A stretch of DNA of 64,000 nt. It comes from Azolla caroliniana (taxonomy: Eukaryota; Plantae; Polypodiophyta). Positions 46,933 through 58,056 of this stretch are shown in pieces. A model generated the notes under the pieces. That model made no database searches, was not told where the DNA came from, and saw only the letters and a list, made by a program, of their open reading frames with translations. A program made the position numbers and the translations under genes. Numbering within the stretch: the first letter of the stretch is position 1; each line of letters starts with the position of its first letter. Location of the stretch: assembly GCA_043228905.1 (NCBI GenBank), contig JBHGNT010000006.1, positions 14,260,001 to 14,324,000 of the forward strand, given 5' to 3'.

Positions 46933-47969
46933 CAAGTTAACCAAGTAAGTGCTCATGACAATCCCATCTCAATTTCTACCCCACCTTCTCGTAACCCAAG
47001 TAGGCTTGGTAGTCCCTGGTTTGAACCGAATGAGTTGTGATGAATGAATAGACACCTATTTATAAGTCCTTATGAAGTATTCTGGAATGTTCTAGAATAT
47101 TTTAGATATTTTAGATATTTAATATAATCATGGAATATCCTAGAATGTTCTAGAATACTCTAAATGTCTTGTAATAACTAATAATACATTTATTATAACT
47201 ATACATCATATATGTTAGTATAATGGTTAAAGGTCTAACATATAGACCAAGACGTCTTGAGCTCGAATCCTTGTAAGGCCAAAATGTATGTCGTCATGAC
47301 AGGTGGCGGCGGAGATGATGGCGAAGATGGCGGATGTTCAGTGGTGGTAGCCGGATTTCCTGCAGTTGGTCGGTTGTTGTGAAGAAACATTTCTTGGGGT
47401 CGGTGAGATAGGTGCAGGTGTTGTGGCCGGCGAAGGGAGAAGGGGGGTTTCGACTAAAGCTTATGTAAGCGGGGAAAATCCGCATGTCAATCATGGTTTC
47501 AAAATCCCATTTGTAGGTTGCGGGGAGTATGTTAACGCAAGTCCAAAGGCCGACTAGTTGGCAGCGAGTTGGACCTTTGTTCAAATTGAAGGCGAGGCCC
47601 CACGCTAGGTGGTTGTGCCGTTGGAAGGGGGGGGGCTTCGTACGGGTCAGAGTCAAGAAGAATGAGTAGAAGTTGTAGAAAACGAAGGCTGGCTTGAATG
47701 TCGGGGTCCGGGACGTCGAGGTATGTACGTAGGAATCGTCGCATGACCCGGATCATGTCAGGTTCGGTTGGGGATGTGCGCGAGGGTCGGGGGAACAACA
47801 GCCAGTTGAATTGAAGAGTGGGTAGGCGTGCCTGGGCGGCGCGAAAATCGGGCCATGGCCAACGACGAGGAAGGGGAAAAAAGTTGGGGTTGGTGCACAG
47901 CTCGGGGGGGTGGAGGGCGAGCCATTCGCGGAAGGATGTGTGTGCGAACCAAGGGAGACGCCATGGGGG

Positions 47970-48554
47970 TTAGGTGGCGGGAGGTTCGAGGAGGGGGTTA
48001 GCGGCGGGGTGGTGCCACCCTCGAGTGGGGGTGGGGTTTGCGGCTGCCCAAGTAGACATCTTATCGCGGTAAACATGGGAGTAAAGGAAAATGTCGACTT
48101 GGGGTTCGGAGGCGACTTCGGGGTAATAGTTGTAGAGGCGGGTGAGGAGTAGAGGGGTCTCGCAGAAGTTGAACTCCCAAGGAATGGGGGCGGCAGACTG
48201 ATTGTCAAGACAAGTGTCCCAACTGGTACCACTTTCGATGCAATCAAGGGCGGTTTGGAGGCCGTGGGTGAGTTGGTAGTGGTTGACCAAATCAACGTAG
48301 AAGGCCGTAGCGTTGAAGCAGGTGCTCGGGGTGTGGAGTAAGGGAGGTGTAGTGAAGATGGGGAGGGGTAGTTGTTGGTGGAGGATGAGGTGGGAGAGGG
48401 GATGGTTGAAGGGGAGAGCTTTGTGGAGGATGGCCTCCGTGAATGTTCGACCGAGGTGGGTGACGACCCGCGTGTGGAGGGGGAAAGGGTCGGGTGGTGG
48501 GGGGGAAAGGGAGTGAGCCAAGGGGGGTGTGCGAAAGGGGTTGTCACCAAACAT
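47970..48554 (-). pseudogene. Fragment of an unknown LTR-element-borne ORF
   Basis: 194-aa protein-like frame (FYVDLVNHYQL...PWEFNFCETPLLL...YRDKMSTW) in the element's sense; no recognised domain. Confidence 0.4.
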
Positions 48555-48968
48555 GGGATGTGTGTGGTCGGGGACATGGTGTTCACTGAGATGAGGGTGT
48601 GGGGGCGAGTGGTGAGGGGGGAAGGGAAGTGGGCTAGTAGGTGGGGGTGGGGGGGGGGGGGGCTTAGAGGCGGGGAGGAGGGAGGGTGAGGGCGAGGAGG
48701 TTGCTAGGTGTCGGGTTCATCAGGTGAGTCATGGTCCCACTCCAGGTCAATCTCTGGGGGGAGAAGGTGGGTGCGGGGGTAGGAGGGCACGAGCACGAGC
48801 CTCATCGAACATCATGAGTTGATACTTGCGGGAAACGTCGAGGTATAGGGCTAATTCCGGTATGTCGTCAGCCTCGAGGTCGGTGGGCCAGCTGAACGTG
48901 GCATATTCGATGCTGAATATGTGAGTACGAACCCCGACGTCCCAGGTAGTTTGCCAAGCGCGTATTCG

Positions 48969-49912
48969 CTAGAGGAAATCGAAAGGGGTACGGAGGTCGT
49001 TGTGTTTTCCAACAGGGGTGTGGGTGAGGGTGTCGGCGATGTGGTGTAAGCGCACCAATGTTGCGAAGAGGTGGGCCAGCTGGTCTTCGATGACTTGCAT
49101 CGTGACATCAGAAGGGTAGGTGAAATAGATCAAGTCGGAGATGTCTAAGTCGGGGGTGAGGGTGGTGTGTAGGTAGGCCATACCTTCGAGGAACAAAATG
49201 GGGAGGTGTTGGGGGAAGAGGTTGCCGGCTGGGGGAGCAGGTTCTTTGGTGGCTTCCTGGTACAACATGAACAAGGCAAGGGCATGGTTGTCTTCGGGGA
49301 GTAATGTGGTGTTGTCAAAGAATACGCGACGCGTGGTGGCTAACGACTGAAGGACGCACGTTGCTTGGATGAGGAGGGTGCGTGGTGTGCATGGTGCAGT
49401 GAAAAGTTCGGAGAGTAGGGAGGTCGAGGTCACGCACACTGAGAGTGCTTGGATCATATTCGGAGAGCCAGTTGGGGGAAGGAGAGGGGTCTGAACGGTG
49501 GAGGGGTCCGTCACGCCGGGGGTGAGGGCGTGTTCAAGGGCGGCTTTGGACGTGCGAAGTTGAAGGATGTCCTTTTCGAGGTCGGCGCATTGGCGGCGGT
49601 GTTTGATGAGGAGACATCGGTTGCGTTCATTGGCGACTTCGACTTGGTGAACCATGGCGTCTCTTTCAGCCTTGAGGGTGGTGATCTCGCTCGTGAGTTG
49701 GTGAGTGGTGGCCATGGCGGCAACTAGAGCCTCAGATCGTTCGGAGAGATCAGCCATCACGACTGCGAGGCGGGCCTCAGTCAGTTGGTGTTGGGTGGTG
49801 AGGCGGACGTACTCGGCTGAAAGTTCGGCATGTGTTTGCGCTGCACGTTCCTGGTCGTGGTGCTAGGTTGTCCGAGCATGTTGGAATTCTTCAGCGAGTT
49901 GTTGGTGTCGGG
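48969..49912 (-). pseudogene. Unknown coiled-coil-containing ORF, 5'-truncated
   Basis: 263-aa ORF 48969-49760 extends upstream through one TAG (CGG in the duplicated arm) to the telomere-repeat junction; heptad-like N-terminal part. Confidence 0.55.
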
Positions 49913-50430
49913 TTTAGGGTTTAGGGTTACAAGCTCGGACAACCCGGCACCACGACCAGGAACGTGAAACGCAAACACATGCCAAACTTTCAGCCGAGTA
50001 CGTTCGCCTCACCACCCAACACCAACTGACCGAGGCCCGCTTCGCAGCCGTGACGGCTGATCTCTCCGAACGATCCGAGGCCCTGGTTGCCGCCATGGCC
50101 ACCACTCACCAACTCACGAGCGAGATCACCACCCTCAAGGTTGAACGAGACGCCATGGTTCACCAAGTCTAACTCGCCAATGAACGCAACCGATGTCCCC
50201 TCATCAAACACCGCCGCCAATGCGCTAACCTCGAAAAGGACATCCTTCAACTTCGCACGTCCAAAGCCGCCCTTGAACACGCCCTCACCCCTGGCGTGAC
50301 GGACCCCTCCACCGTTCAGACCCCTCTCCTTCCCCCAACTGGCTCTCCGAATATGATCCAGGCACTCTCGGTGTGCGTGACCTCGACCTCCCTGCTCTCC
50401 GAACTTTTCACTGCACCACGCACACCACGC
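49380..50430. repeat. Long inverted repeat (arms 49380-49877 and 49933-50430) with TTTAGGG repeats in the spacer
   Basis: Arms are reverse complements with about 25 differences in ~498 bp by eye; spacer contains GGGTTTAGGGTTTAGGGTT. Confidence 0.92.
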
Positions 50431-50610
50431 GGTATGACGTGAGCAACCAAGCCGACAAGCAACAGAGCTGGTGAGCTAGAAAACAGAGCTAGGGAGCTGG
50501 TGAGCTAGGGAGCTGGTGAACTCGACAGATCCAACTACGCATCTTGGTCGTACAAGATGCACCAGTACCTGCTTGATCATGGCTACTGGAGCTTCATCGA
50601 AGGAGCCAAC

Positions 50611-53600
50611 TGTTGCTCTCAGTGCTCGGCCACAACCGAGGAATAGGATCAAATCACAGAAAACGGGAAAATACACAATGCACGAAGACAGTAGAGAGAA
50701 GAGTACACAGAGTGTTTTACGTGGAAAACCCTAAATGGGAAAAACCACGGGAGTGCAAGACTCCAACTATCACTATACGCGAGGAATGTACAATGGCGAG
50801 CTGCAAGGCGACGATCTTGAGCTCGCTGTCCTCGCCACAGGCGGCGGTAATACACAGAGGCGTCGACCTCTTCCTCTCTCTCTCTCTCTCTCAGCTGCTC
50901 TCACTTCGCTTCCTCTCAGTGGAAAACAGAAAAATGAGCAACAACTTCAACAACAGCAAAACTGTTTGCCCTAAGTCATATTTATACACATATGACTTTC
51001 GGGCTATTTACAAATATAGCCTCAAGGGCCCTTGGCAAACATATTCACAAATATGTCCCCGCATCCGGATCTCTCTCCGGGTACATACGTCATCCGGCTC
51101 CGTAACCGGGGTCTTCAGCATCCGGCTCCGTAACCGGGGTCTTCATCATCCGGCTCCGTAACCGGGGTCTTCATCATCCGGATCCGCAGCCGGGTACTCT
51201 TCATCCGGCTTCATGCCGGGTACTCTTCATCATACGGTTCCGTAACAGCCTCCGGGCTTGCCGTCATTCATCTCCGGACATCCCATCCGGAGGGACCGAA
51301 ATCCCAACAAACTCCCCCTTCACTTCGGCATGGGATGTCTCTCCAACCCGATCCTCTTCCGGCATGCTTCCAGCTTGTCGGGTGTGAGCACCTTGGTCAG
51401 CATATCCGACCCGTTCTCGTCCGTGTGGATCTTCGTCAGCACGAACTCCTTGTCTTCTATCCTTTCCCGGATCCAGTGGTATCTACGCTGGATGTGTTTC
51501 GTCCGGGAATGGTAGGCCGCGTTCTTCGCAAGGTGGATGGCACTCTGACTGTCGCAGTAGAGCCGGTACTCCTCCTGCCGGATACCGAGCTCTCTAATGA
51601 AGTCCTTCATCCATATTATTTCCTTGCCGGCTTCAACAGCCGCCATGTACTCCGCCTCCGTGGTTGACAACGCAACCGTTTTCTGCAGCCTTGACTGCCA
51701 CGAAACAGCTCCCCCTGCATACGTCATCACATACCCTGATGTGGACCGGCTGGTATCTGCATCAGCCGACATATCCGAGTCGGTAAAGCCGTCGAGTTCG
51801 GGCTTACCGGAGCCGAATCGGAGGCACACGTTTGCCGTGCCCTTCAGGTATCGGAGTATCCACTTGACCGCGTTCCAATGCTCTTTGCCGGGATTGCTCA
51901 TGTACCGGCTCACCACTCCAACTGCATATCCTATGTCCGGTCTTGTACACACCATTGCGTACATCAAGCTTCCGACGGCAGAGGCATATGGTACTTTCGT
52001 CATGTCCTCCTTCTCAGCCTTTGTCTTGGGGCTTTGCTTGCTGGACAACTTGCAGTTTGCCGGTAGGGTTGACCCGACCGGTCTTGCTTCTGACATGTTG
52101 AACCGGTGAAGCACCTTTGTCACGTACTTCTCCTGTGACAGCCACAACTGCTTCTTCTTCCGGTCCCGGATGATGTGCATCCCTAGTATTTGCCTCGCCG
52201 GACCAAGGTCCTTCATTGAGAAGGTTCGGTGAAGCGCTTTCTTCAGCATCCGTATCTTGGCCTGGTCCCGTCCGACGATCAACATGTCGTCCACGTACAG
52301 GAGGAGTATTAGAAAGTCTCCTCCCTCGAACTTCTTCACAAACACGCAGTGATCGGACTGCGTTTTGTGGTAGCCTTCGTCGGTCATGAAAGAGTCGAAC
52401 TTCCGGTACCATTGCCGGGGAGCCTGCTTCAGTCCGTAAAGGCTCTTCTTCAACCGGCATACCAGGTGCTCCTTCCCTTTCTTCTCGAATCCGTCCGGTT
52501 GCTGCATGTAGATCTCTTCTTCGAGGTCACCGTGAAGGAATGCCGTCTTCACGTCCATCTGTTCTACCTCGAGGTCCACGCTTGCCGCTATGCTCAGCAC
52601 CGTCCGGATGGAGGTCATCTTCACTACCGGGGCAAATATCTCGTCGAAGTCGAAACCCTTCTTCTGCTGAAACCCCTTCACCACGATCCTGGCTTTGTAT
52701 CTCGGGGGGTTTCCGACATCTCCCGGTTTCAGCTTGAACACCCACTTGTTTCGAAGTGCCCGCTTTCCTTTCGGCAACTCCACAAGTTCATATGTGTGTT
52801 TCTCATGCAGGGAATCCATCTCGTCCTGCATGGCACTCAACCATTTGCGGCTCTGGGTGTCATGCTTTGCTTCTTCAAAGCTCTCTGGCTCCCCCTCGTC
52901 GGTTAGCAACACGTGCTCTGGTTCCGGAAATCTCCGGGGGGCCCTTCTCTCTCTTAGAGGATATCTCCGTTCCGGAGCTTCGGTAACCGGCTCCTCCGTT
53001 TCCTCTTCATCCGAATCCATTTCGGGATCGGGGCCGGTTCTGGTATTAGTTTCATCTTCCTCGGCCGGTTCTGTTTCTTCACCGTCTTCGGCCGGATCCT
53101 CGAGTGCTAACCGGTCCCTTGCCGGTCGGGACTGCTCCTCGTAGAGTTGATTCTCACCGGTCGACTTGGAACTCTTCATCTTCTTCTCCGACTCCCAGTC
53201 GGCGAGTGTCTTGTCCTCCATGAAGATGATATCTCGACTCCTGAATATCCTTTTGTCGACCGGGTCCCATACTCGGTAGCCGAACTCGTCGTCGCCGTAA
53301 CTGAGGAATATGCATGGCCGGGTCTTTGGATCTAACTTTCCTCTCCGGTCCTTTGCCACATGCACGTATGCGAGACACCCGAACACCTTCAGGTGCCGAT
53401 AGGACACTTCCTTACCGGTCCACACTTTCTGCGGCGTGTCTCCGTCCAAAGGTACTGAGGGTGATCTATTTATCACATATGTCGCCGTCGACATTGCCTC
53501 AGCCCAAAACCCCTTGGGTAATTTCGCATGCGCCAGCATACTCCGGACCCTCTCCATTATGGTCCGGTTCATCCTCTCGGCCAGCCCGTTCAGTTCCGGC

Positions 53601-56093
53601 GTCTTCGGCACAGTAAACTCGAGCCGGATTCCCTTCGAGCGACAGTACTCCTCAAACTGCCCCCGGTATTCCCCTCCGTTATCCGCTCGTATCGCTTTCA
53701 GCTTCTTGCCGTATTCCCTCTCCACTCTCGCGTGGAGTTCTTTGAAGACGGACAATACTTGGTCCTTTGTCTTCAACGGTGCCGTCCACAGCTTCCGGCT
53801 GTGATCATCAATGAATGTCACGAAGTACTGGGCTCCGCCATGTGACTTCGTTTCTACTTGACACACGTCAGTGTGCACCAACTCCAATGGTGCGCTTCGT
53901 CTCGTCGGTGGCCTTGAGTGGAAGGAGGTTCGGTTCTGCTTACCGGCCAGGCAATCGGTGCACTTCTCCAGGTGCACATGCTTCACTGGAATGAGGTTGT
54001 CTTCTGCAAGCCTCTTCATCCCCTTCTCACTCATGTGACACAGTCTCTTGTGCCACAACTCACCGGCAGTATCGGCTGCCACGTTCAACTCCTCCGGACA
54101 TAGCCGGGAATTCATCAGGTACAGTGTGTTGATCTTCCGGGCCCGAGCCACTATCAGGCTCCCCTTGCTGAACTTCATTACACCGTTCCGGATGCTACCT
54201 GTGTAGCCTTCATCATCTAGCCTCCCGGCCGAAATCAGGTTCAATCGAACCTCCGGAACATGTCGAACATCCTTCAGCAGCATCTTGCATCCGGTTGATG
54301 TCATCAGCCACACGTCTCCTATGCCGGCAATCCGGCACGTACCTTCATTTCCCATCCGAACACAGCCATGCTCACCGGCTGTGTAGGATGAGAAGTATTT
54401 CTTCTCCGGGGTCAGGTGGAACGACGCTCCGGAATCGACCACCCAGGTCATCTCTTCACCGGCAAGGTTCAGCTCTGTCTCTTCGGTAATGAGCATTATC
54501 TCTTCTTCACTTGCCGCGAGTGCTGTCGTTCCTTTCCGGTCCTGCCCTCGCCGATCCGGACCTCTCCGGTCCGTGGCTCCCCGGTATGCACCGTTTCTCT
54601 CCGGTGACTTCTTCGAATCGGTGTCGTCGGCTCCGTTGTCCTTTCGGTAATGCCGACAATTCTTCCGGAAGTGCCCCGGCTTCCAACAGTGGAAGCATGT
54701 GGGTCTTCCTCTTGACTGCGACCGGGTCCCCGACTTCTCCCGTCTTTGCGGACTCCGGTTCCATTGTCTTCCCCGTTCCGATTCGGTAAGCAGCGCCTTC
54801 GAGTCGGTGGCCGGTTCTTTATCTCTCCAACGCGCTTCTTCATTTAGAATACTTGTCTTTACCGTTTGTAGAGACAAGTTATCTTCGGTGCAGGAGGTGC
54901 TGAGAGTCACCACCAAGTTCTCCCAGCTTTCCGGCAATGTACACATCAGAATGATGGCTTGCATTGCATCCTCCAACGGGAACTTGATCGCCGCAAGCTG
55001 GTTCACGAATCCCATGAACGTGCTCACGTGTTCAACCATATTCTCGCCGTCCCGGTACTTGAGGTTCACTATCTTCCTCATCAGGGAGGTCCGGTTCAAC
55101 GCATTCTTTCTCTCGTAGAGGCCCGACAGCTTCTTCCACATCTCATATGCGTTGGTGTCGTTCGCCACATGTTGTAGAACGCTTACATCGACATATTGCC
55201 GGATCGTCGCTACGGCTTTCCGGTTCAGGAGCTTCCACTCCGACTCTATTACCCCCTTGGGTATCTCGGCATTGTCGATCGGTTCGTACAGGTCTCGGAC
55301 GATGAGAAGGTCTTCCATCTTTATCTTCCAGTCGGCGTAGTTCTGTGAGTTCAAAACCATCATGCCCGGAGGCCCACTACCGCCGCCTTCCATTTTTTGT
55401 GTTACCGCGCTCTGATACCACTTGTTGCTCTCAGTGCTCGGCCACAACCGAGGAATAGGATCAAATCACAGAAAACGGGAAAATACACAATGCACGAAGA
55501 CAGTAGAGAGAAGAGTACACAGAGTGTTTTACGTGGAAAACCCTAAATGGGAAAAACCACGGGAGTGCAAGACTCCAACTATCACTATACGCGGGGAATG
55601 TACAATGGCGAGCTGCAAGGTGACGACCTTGAGCTCGCTGTCCTCGCCACAGGCGGCGGTAATACACAGAGGCGTCGACCTCTTCCTCTCTCTCTCTCTC
55701 TCTCAGCTGCTCTCACTTCGCTTCCTCTCAGTGGAAAACAGAAAAATGAGCAACAACTTCAACAACAGCAAAACTGTTTGCCCTAAGTCATATTTATACA
55801 CATATGACTTTCGGGCTATTTACAAATATAGCCTCAAGGGCCCTTGGCAAACATATTCACAAATATGTCCCCGCATCCGGATCTCTCTCCGGGTACATAC
55901 GTCATCCGGCTCCGTAACCGGGGTCTTCAGCATCCGGCTCCGTAACCGGGGTCTTCATCATCCGGATCCGCAGCCGGGTACTCTTCATCCGGCTTCATGC
56001 CGAGTACTCTTCATCATACGGTTCCGTAACAGCCTCCGGGCTTGCCGTCATTCATCTCCGGACATCCCATCCGGAGGGACCGAAATCCCAACA
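50611..56093 (-). mobile_element. Intact Tnt1/Tork-like copia, copy 2
   Basis: LTRs 50611-51309 and 55423-56093 (a few SNPs and one 28-bp repeat-unit indel); TSD CCAAC; iMet PBS 55409-55420. Confidence 0.96.
51320..55393 (-). CDS. Copia Gag-Pol polyprotein
   Basis: Uninterrupted ORF highly similar to 35903-39976; likely start MEGGGSG after the PBS. Confidence 0.95.
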   Translation of the reverse strand: MEGGGSGPPGMMVLNSQNYADWKIKMEDLLIVRDLYEPIDNAEIPKGVIESEWKLLNRKAVATIRQYVDVSVLQHVANDTNAYEMWKKLSGLYERKNALNRTSLMRKIVNLKYRDGENMVEHVSTFMGFVNQLAAIKFPLEDAMQAIILMCTLPESWENLVVTLSTSCTEDNLSLQTVKTSILNEEARWRDKEPATDSKALLTESERGRQWNRSPQRREKSGTRSQSRGRPTCFHCWKPGHFRKNCRHYRKDNGADDTDSKKSPERNGAYRGATDRRGPDRRGQDRKGTTALAASEEEIMLITEETELNLAGEEMTWVVDSGASFHLTPEKKYFSSYTAGEHGCVRMGNEGTCRIAGIGDVWLMTSTGCKMLLKDVRHVPEVRLNLISAGRLDDEGYTGSIRNGVMKFSKGSLIVARARKINTLYLMNSRLCPEELNVAADTAGELWHKRLCHMSEKGMKRLAEDNLIPVKHVHLEKCTDCLAGKQNRTSFHSRPPTRRSAPLELVHTDVCQVETKSHGGAQYFVTFIDDHSRKLWTAPLKTKDQVLSVFKELHARVEREYGKKLKAIRADNGGEYRGQFEEYCRSKGIRLEFTVPKTPELNGLAERMNRTIMERVRSMLAHAKLPKGFWAEAMSTATYVINRSPSVPLDGDTPQKVWTGKEVSYRHLKVFGCLAYVHVAKDRRGKLDPKTRPCIFLSYGDDEFGYRVWDPVDKRIFRSRDIIFMEDKTLADWESEKKMKSSKSTGENQLYEEQSRPARDRLALEDPAEDGEETEPAEEDETNTRTGPDPEMDSDEEETEEPVTEAPERRYPLRERRAPRRFPEPEHVLLTDEGEPESFEEAKHDTQSRKWLSAMQDEMDSLHEKHTYELVELPKGKRALRNKWVFKLKPGDVGNPPRYKARIVVKGFQQKKGFDFDEIFAPVVKMTSIRTVLSIAASVDLEVEQMDVKTAFLHGDLEEEIYMQQPDGFEKKGKEHLVCRLKKSLYGLKQAPRQWYRKFDSFMTDEGYHKTQSDHCVFVKKFEGGDFLILLLYVDDMLIVGRDQAKIRMLKKALHRTFSMKDLGPARQILGMHIIRDRKKKQLWLSQEKYVTKVLHRFNMSEARPVGSTLPANCKLSSKQSPKTKAEKEDMTKVPYASAVGSLMYAMVCTRPDIGYAVGVVSRYMSNPGKEHWNAVKWILRYLKGTANVCLRFGSGKPELDGFTDSDMSADADTSRSTSGYVMTYAGGAVSWQSRLQKTVALSTTEAEYMAAVEAGKEIIWMKDFIRELGIRQEEYRLYCDSQSAIHLAKNAAYHSRTKHIQRRYHWIRERIEDKEFVLTKIHTDENGSDMLTKVLTPDKLEACRKRIGLERHPMPK

Positions 56094-57828
56094 CCAACGA
56101 AACCGCACCTGACGTAGCACCTAACAAATCTACTATGGAATGCTGGTACTGCGGCAAGAAGGGCCACAGAGAAAGTGAGTGCTGGAGAAAGTGAGTGCAA
56201 GGATGGCTGACAAAGCTCGCACTACGTGAAGGGATCAGGAGGATCCAAGAACGATAACGAGCCAGCCTTGGTGATGAAGCACGAGGCGAACTCGATGAAG
56301 AAGACCACTTCCAAATCAGAGGAAGTGTGGTATGTTGACTCTCGTGCGTCGAACCACATGACAAGCCACAAAGAGTGGTTCTCCTTCTTGGAGAAACCGG
56401 ATCAACCAGGAGTAGTCAAAATCGGAGACAACATTCCTCACCCAATTGTGCACGTCAGAGAAGTCCCTTTGAGCCATGTCGGATAGAAGGGGAAGCTGAT
56501 GAACGTATTACACGTTCCGACAATCACGAAGAACCTGGTGTCGGTCGGACAGATTGTCGACCAAGGGATGCAGGTGCGGTTTACGCACCTCGAGTGCTTC
56601 ATCGAGGAAGAGGGCCAGATTATTGCGCAAGGGCGCAGAGACGGGAGGATGTTTATCCTTGACACCAATGACGTCGGCACCGCTCTGTTTGCAAAAGGAC
56701 AGAAGGTCGAATTGGACATTGACCTGTGGCACAAGAGGATAGGCCACGTCAATTACCGGAGGCTTCAAGACCTGCAAACGAAACAAGTTGTTTTCGGTTT
56801 GCCGAAGTTTAGCGGCCGGAAGGCCCAAGTATGTGAAGCCTGCCAACTCGGGAAGCAACACCAGCTTCCATTCCCTACCGAACGTAACTGGAGCCGTAAC
56901 AAGCTCGACCTAATCCATTCGGATGTGTGGGGACCGACACAGAATGTTAGTCTTGGTGGGAGTCGATATTTCGTGTCCTTCATCGACGATTATACGCGGC
57001 ACACATGGATCTACCTCATTGAGCGGAAGAGCGAAGTCTTTGAGTGTTTCCGGAGTCTCCAGAGCATGGTGGAACTGGATTCGGAGAGGAAGATCAAATG
57101 CCTGCGGTCGGACGGCGGGAAAGAATACTTTTCCGGCCAATTCAACAGTTATCTGCAGAAAACGGGAATTCGGCGAGAGTTCAGCTGCAGATACACACCA
57201 CAACAAAACGGTGTTGCCGAGAGGAAGAACCAGTCGCTCATTGATGCGGCAAGGGCAATGCTAGAGGAGAAGAGCATGCCCAAATTCTACTGGGCGGAGG
57301 CAGTCCAAACGGCTGTCTACATCTAGAACCGGATCGGTGACAAGGTGTCAGCTCACGAGCTGTATTTCGGGCGCAAGCCGAATTTGAGACACCTTAAGAT
57401 CTTCGGTAGCATTTCATATGTGCATGTACCGGAAGAGAAGCGGAGGAAGCTGGATGCAAAATCGGAAAAATGCATCCTAGTCGGCTATGCTAAAGAGCAA
57501 AACGGTTATAAGTGTTATAATCCCCAGACAAAGCAGGTCCGAGTTAGTCGAGATGTCGAGTTCGATGAATCAGCATTGTGGTACTCCTTACTGACTCCGA
57601 CTTCCGAATCCGAACTGGTGCCGGAGGATGAGGCCAGTAGGCCCGAACCGGCCTAGGTAGATGATGATGAAGCGTGGATTCAGGATGAGAGTCTGGAATC
57701 GTTTCGGTTGAGCGGGCCAAACAAGAGACTAAGTCAATCTGACCAGTTCGATGAGGAACCGGCGAGTAGTGGAGACTTTGCCATGCACTCCCCGCGCAAG
57801 GAACCGAGGCGACGATTCACACGCAAAG

Positions 57829-58023
57829 TGTTACCCTGTACAAGATGTACGGAGAGTCAAGTGTGATGAGCGAGGGTCGAATGTTATGATGTTGTTGTGT
57901 ATGTGTAGGGGGCATAAATTTAATTGTGAGTCTATACGTATGTGAATGTATCTACCCCCTCTTGTACTATTTAACCCCTTATGGGGAATGAATGAAACAT
58001 GAACAATAACCATTTCTCTCTTA

Positions 58024-58056
<33 letters not shown>

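Larger units (their letters stand above)
44840..47301 (-). mobile_element. Rearranged, internally deleted Tcn1-type chromovirus with inverted gag
   Basis: 3' LTR 44840-45296, PPT AAAAGGGGGGATAA, partial 5' LTR ~47021-47301, TSD GGTGG; RT start fused to the post-chromodomain tail at ~45413. Confidence 0.88.
44164..49930 (-). mobile_element. 3' part of an unclassified LTR element: 3' LTR 44164-44731, PPT, and C-rich non-gag/pol coding region
   Basis: TGTTAAG...CTTAACA termini; TGGGGGGGA PPT; TATATAAA on minus strand ~44585; internal region continues across the TSD-bounded insertion 44840-47301. Confidence 0.7.
50431..57828 (+). mobile_element. Decayed copia family B copy (gag start, deletion, knuckle, PR, INT), host of 50611-56093
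   Basis: LDRSNYASWSYKMHQYL at ~50521, CWYCGKKGH ~56140, integrase ORF 56499-57326; homologous to 7667-10220; no 5' LTR seen. Confidence 0.88.

Noticed and set aside
55394-55447. ORF-track N-terminal extensions (also 7225-7308 and 33729-33755)
   Set aside because: They begin at GTG/TTG inside the LTR or PBS; the first ATG after the PBS is the more plausible start
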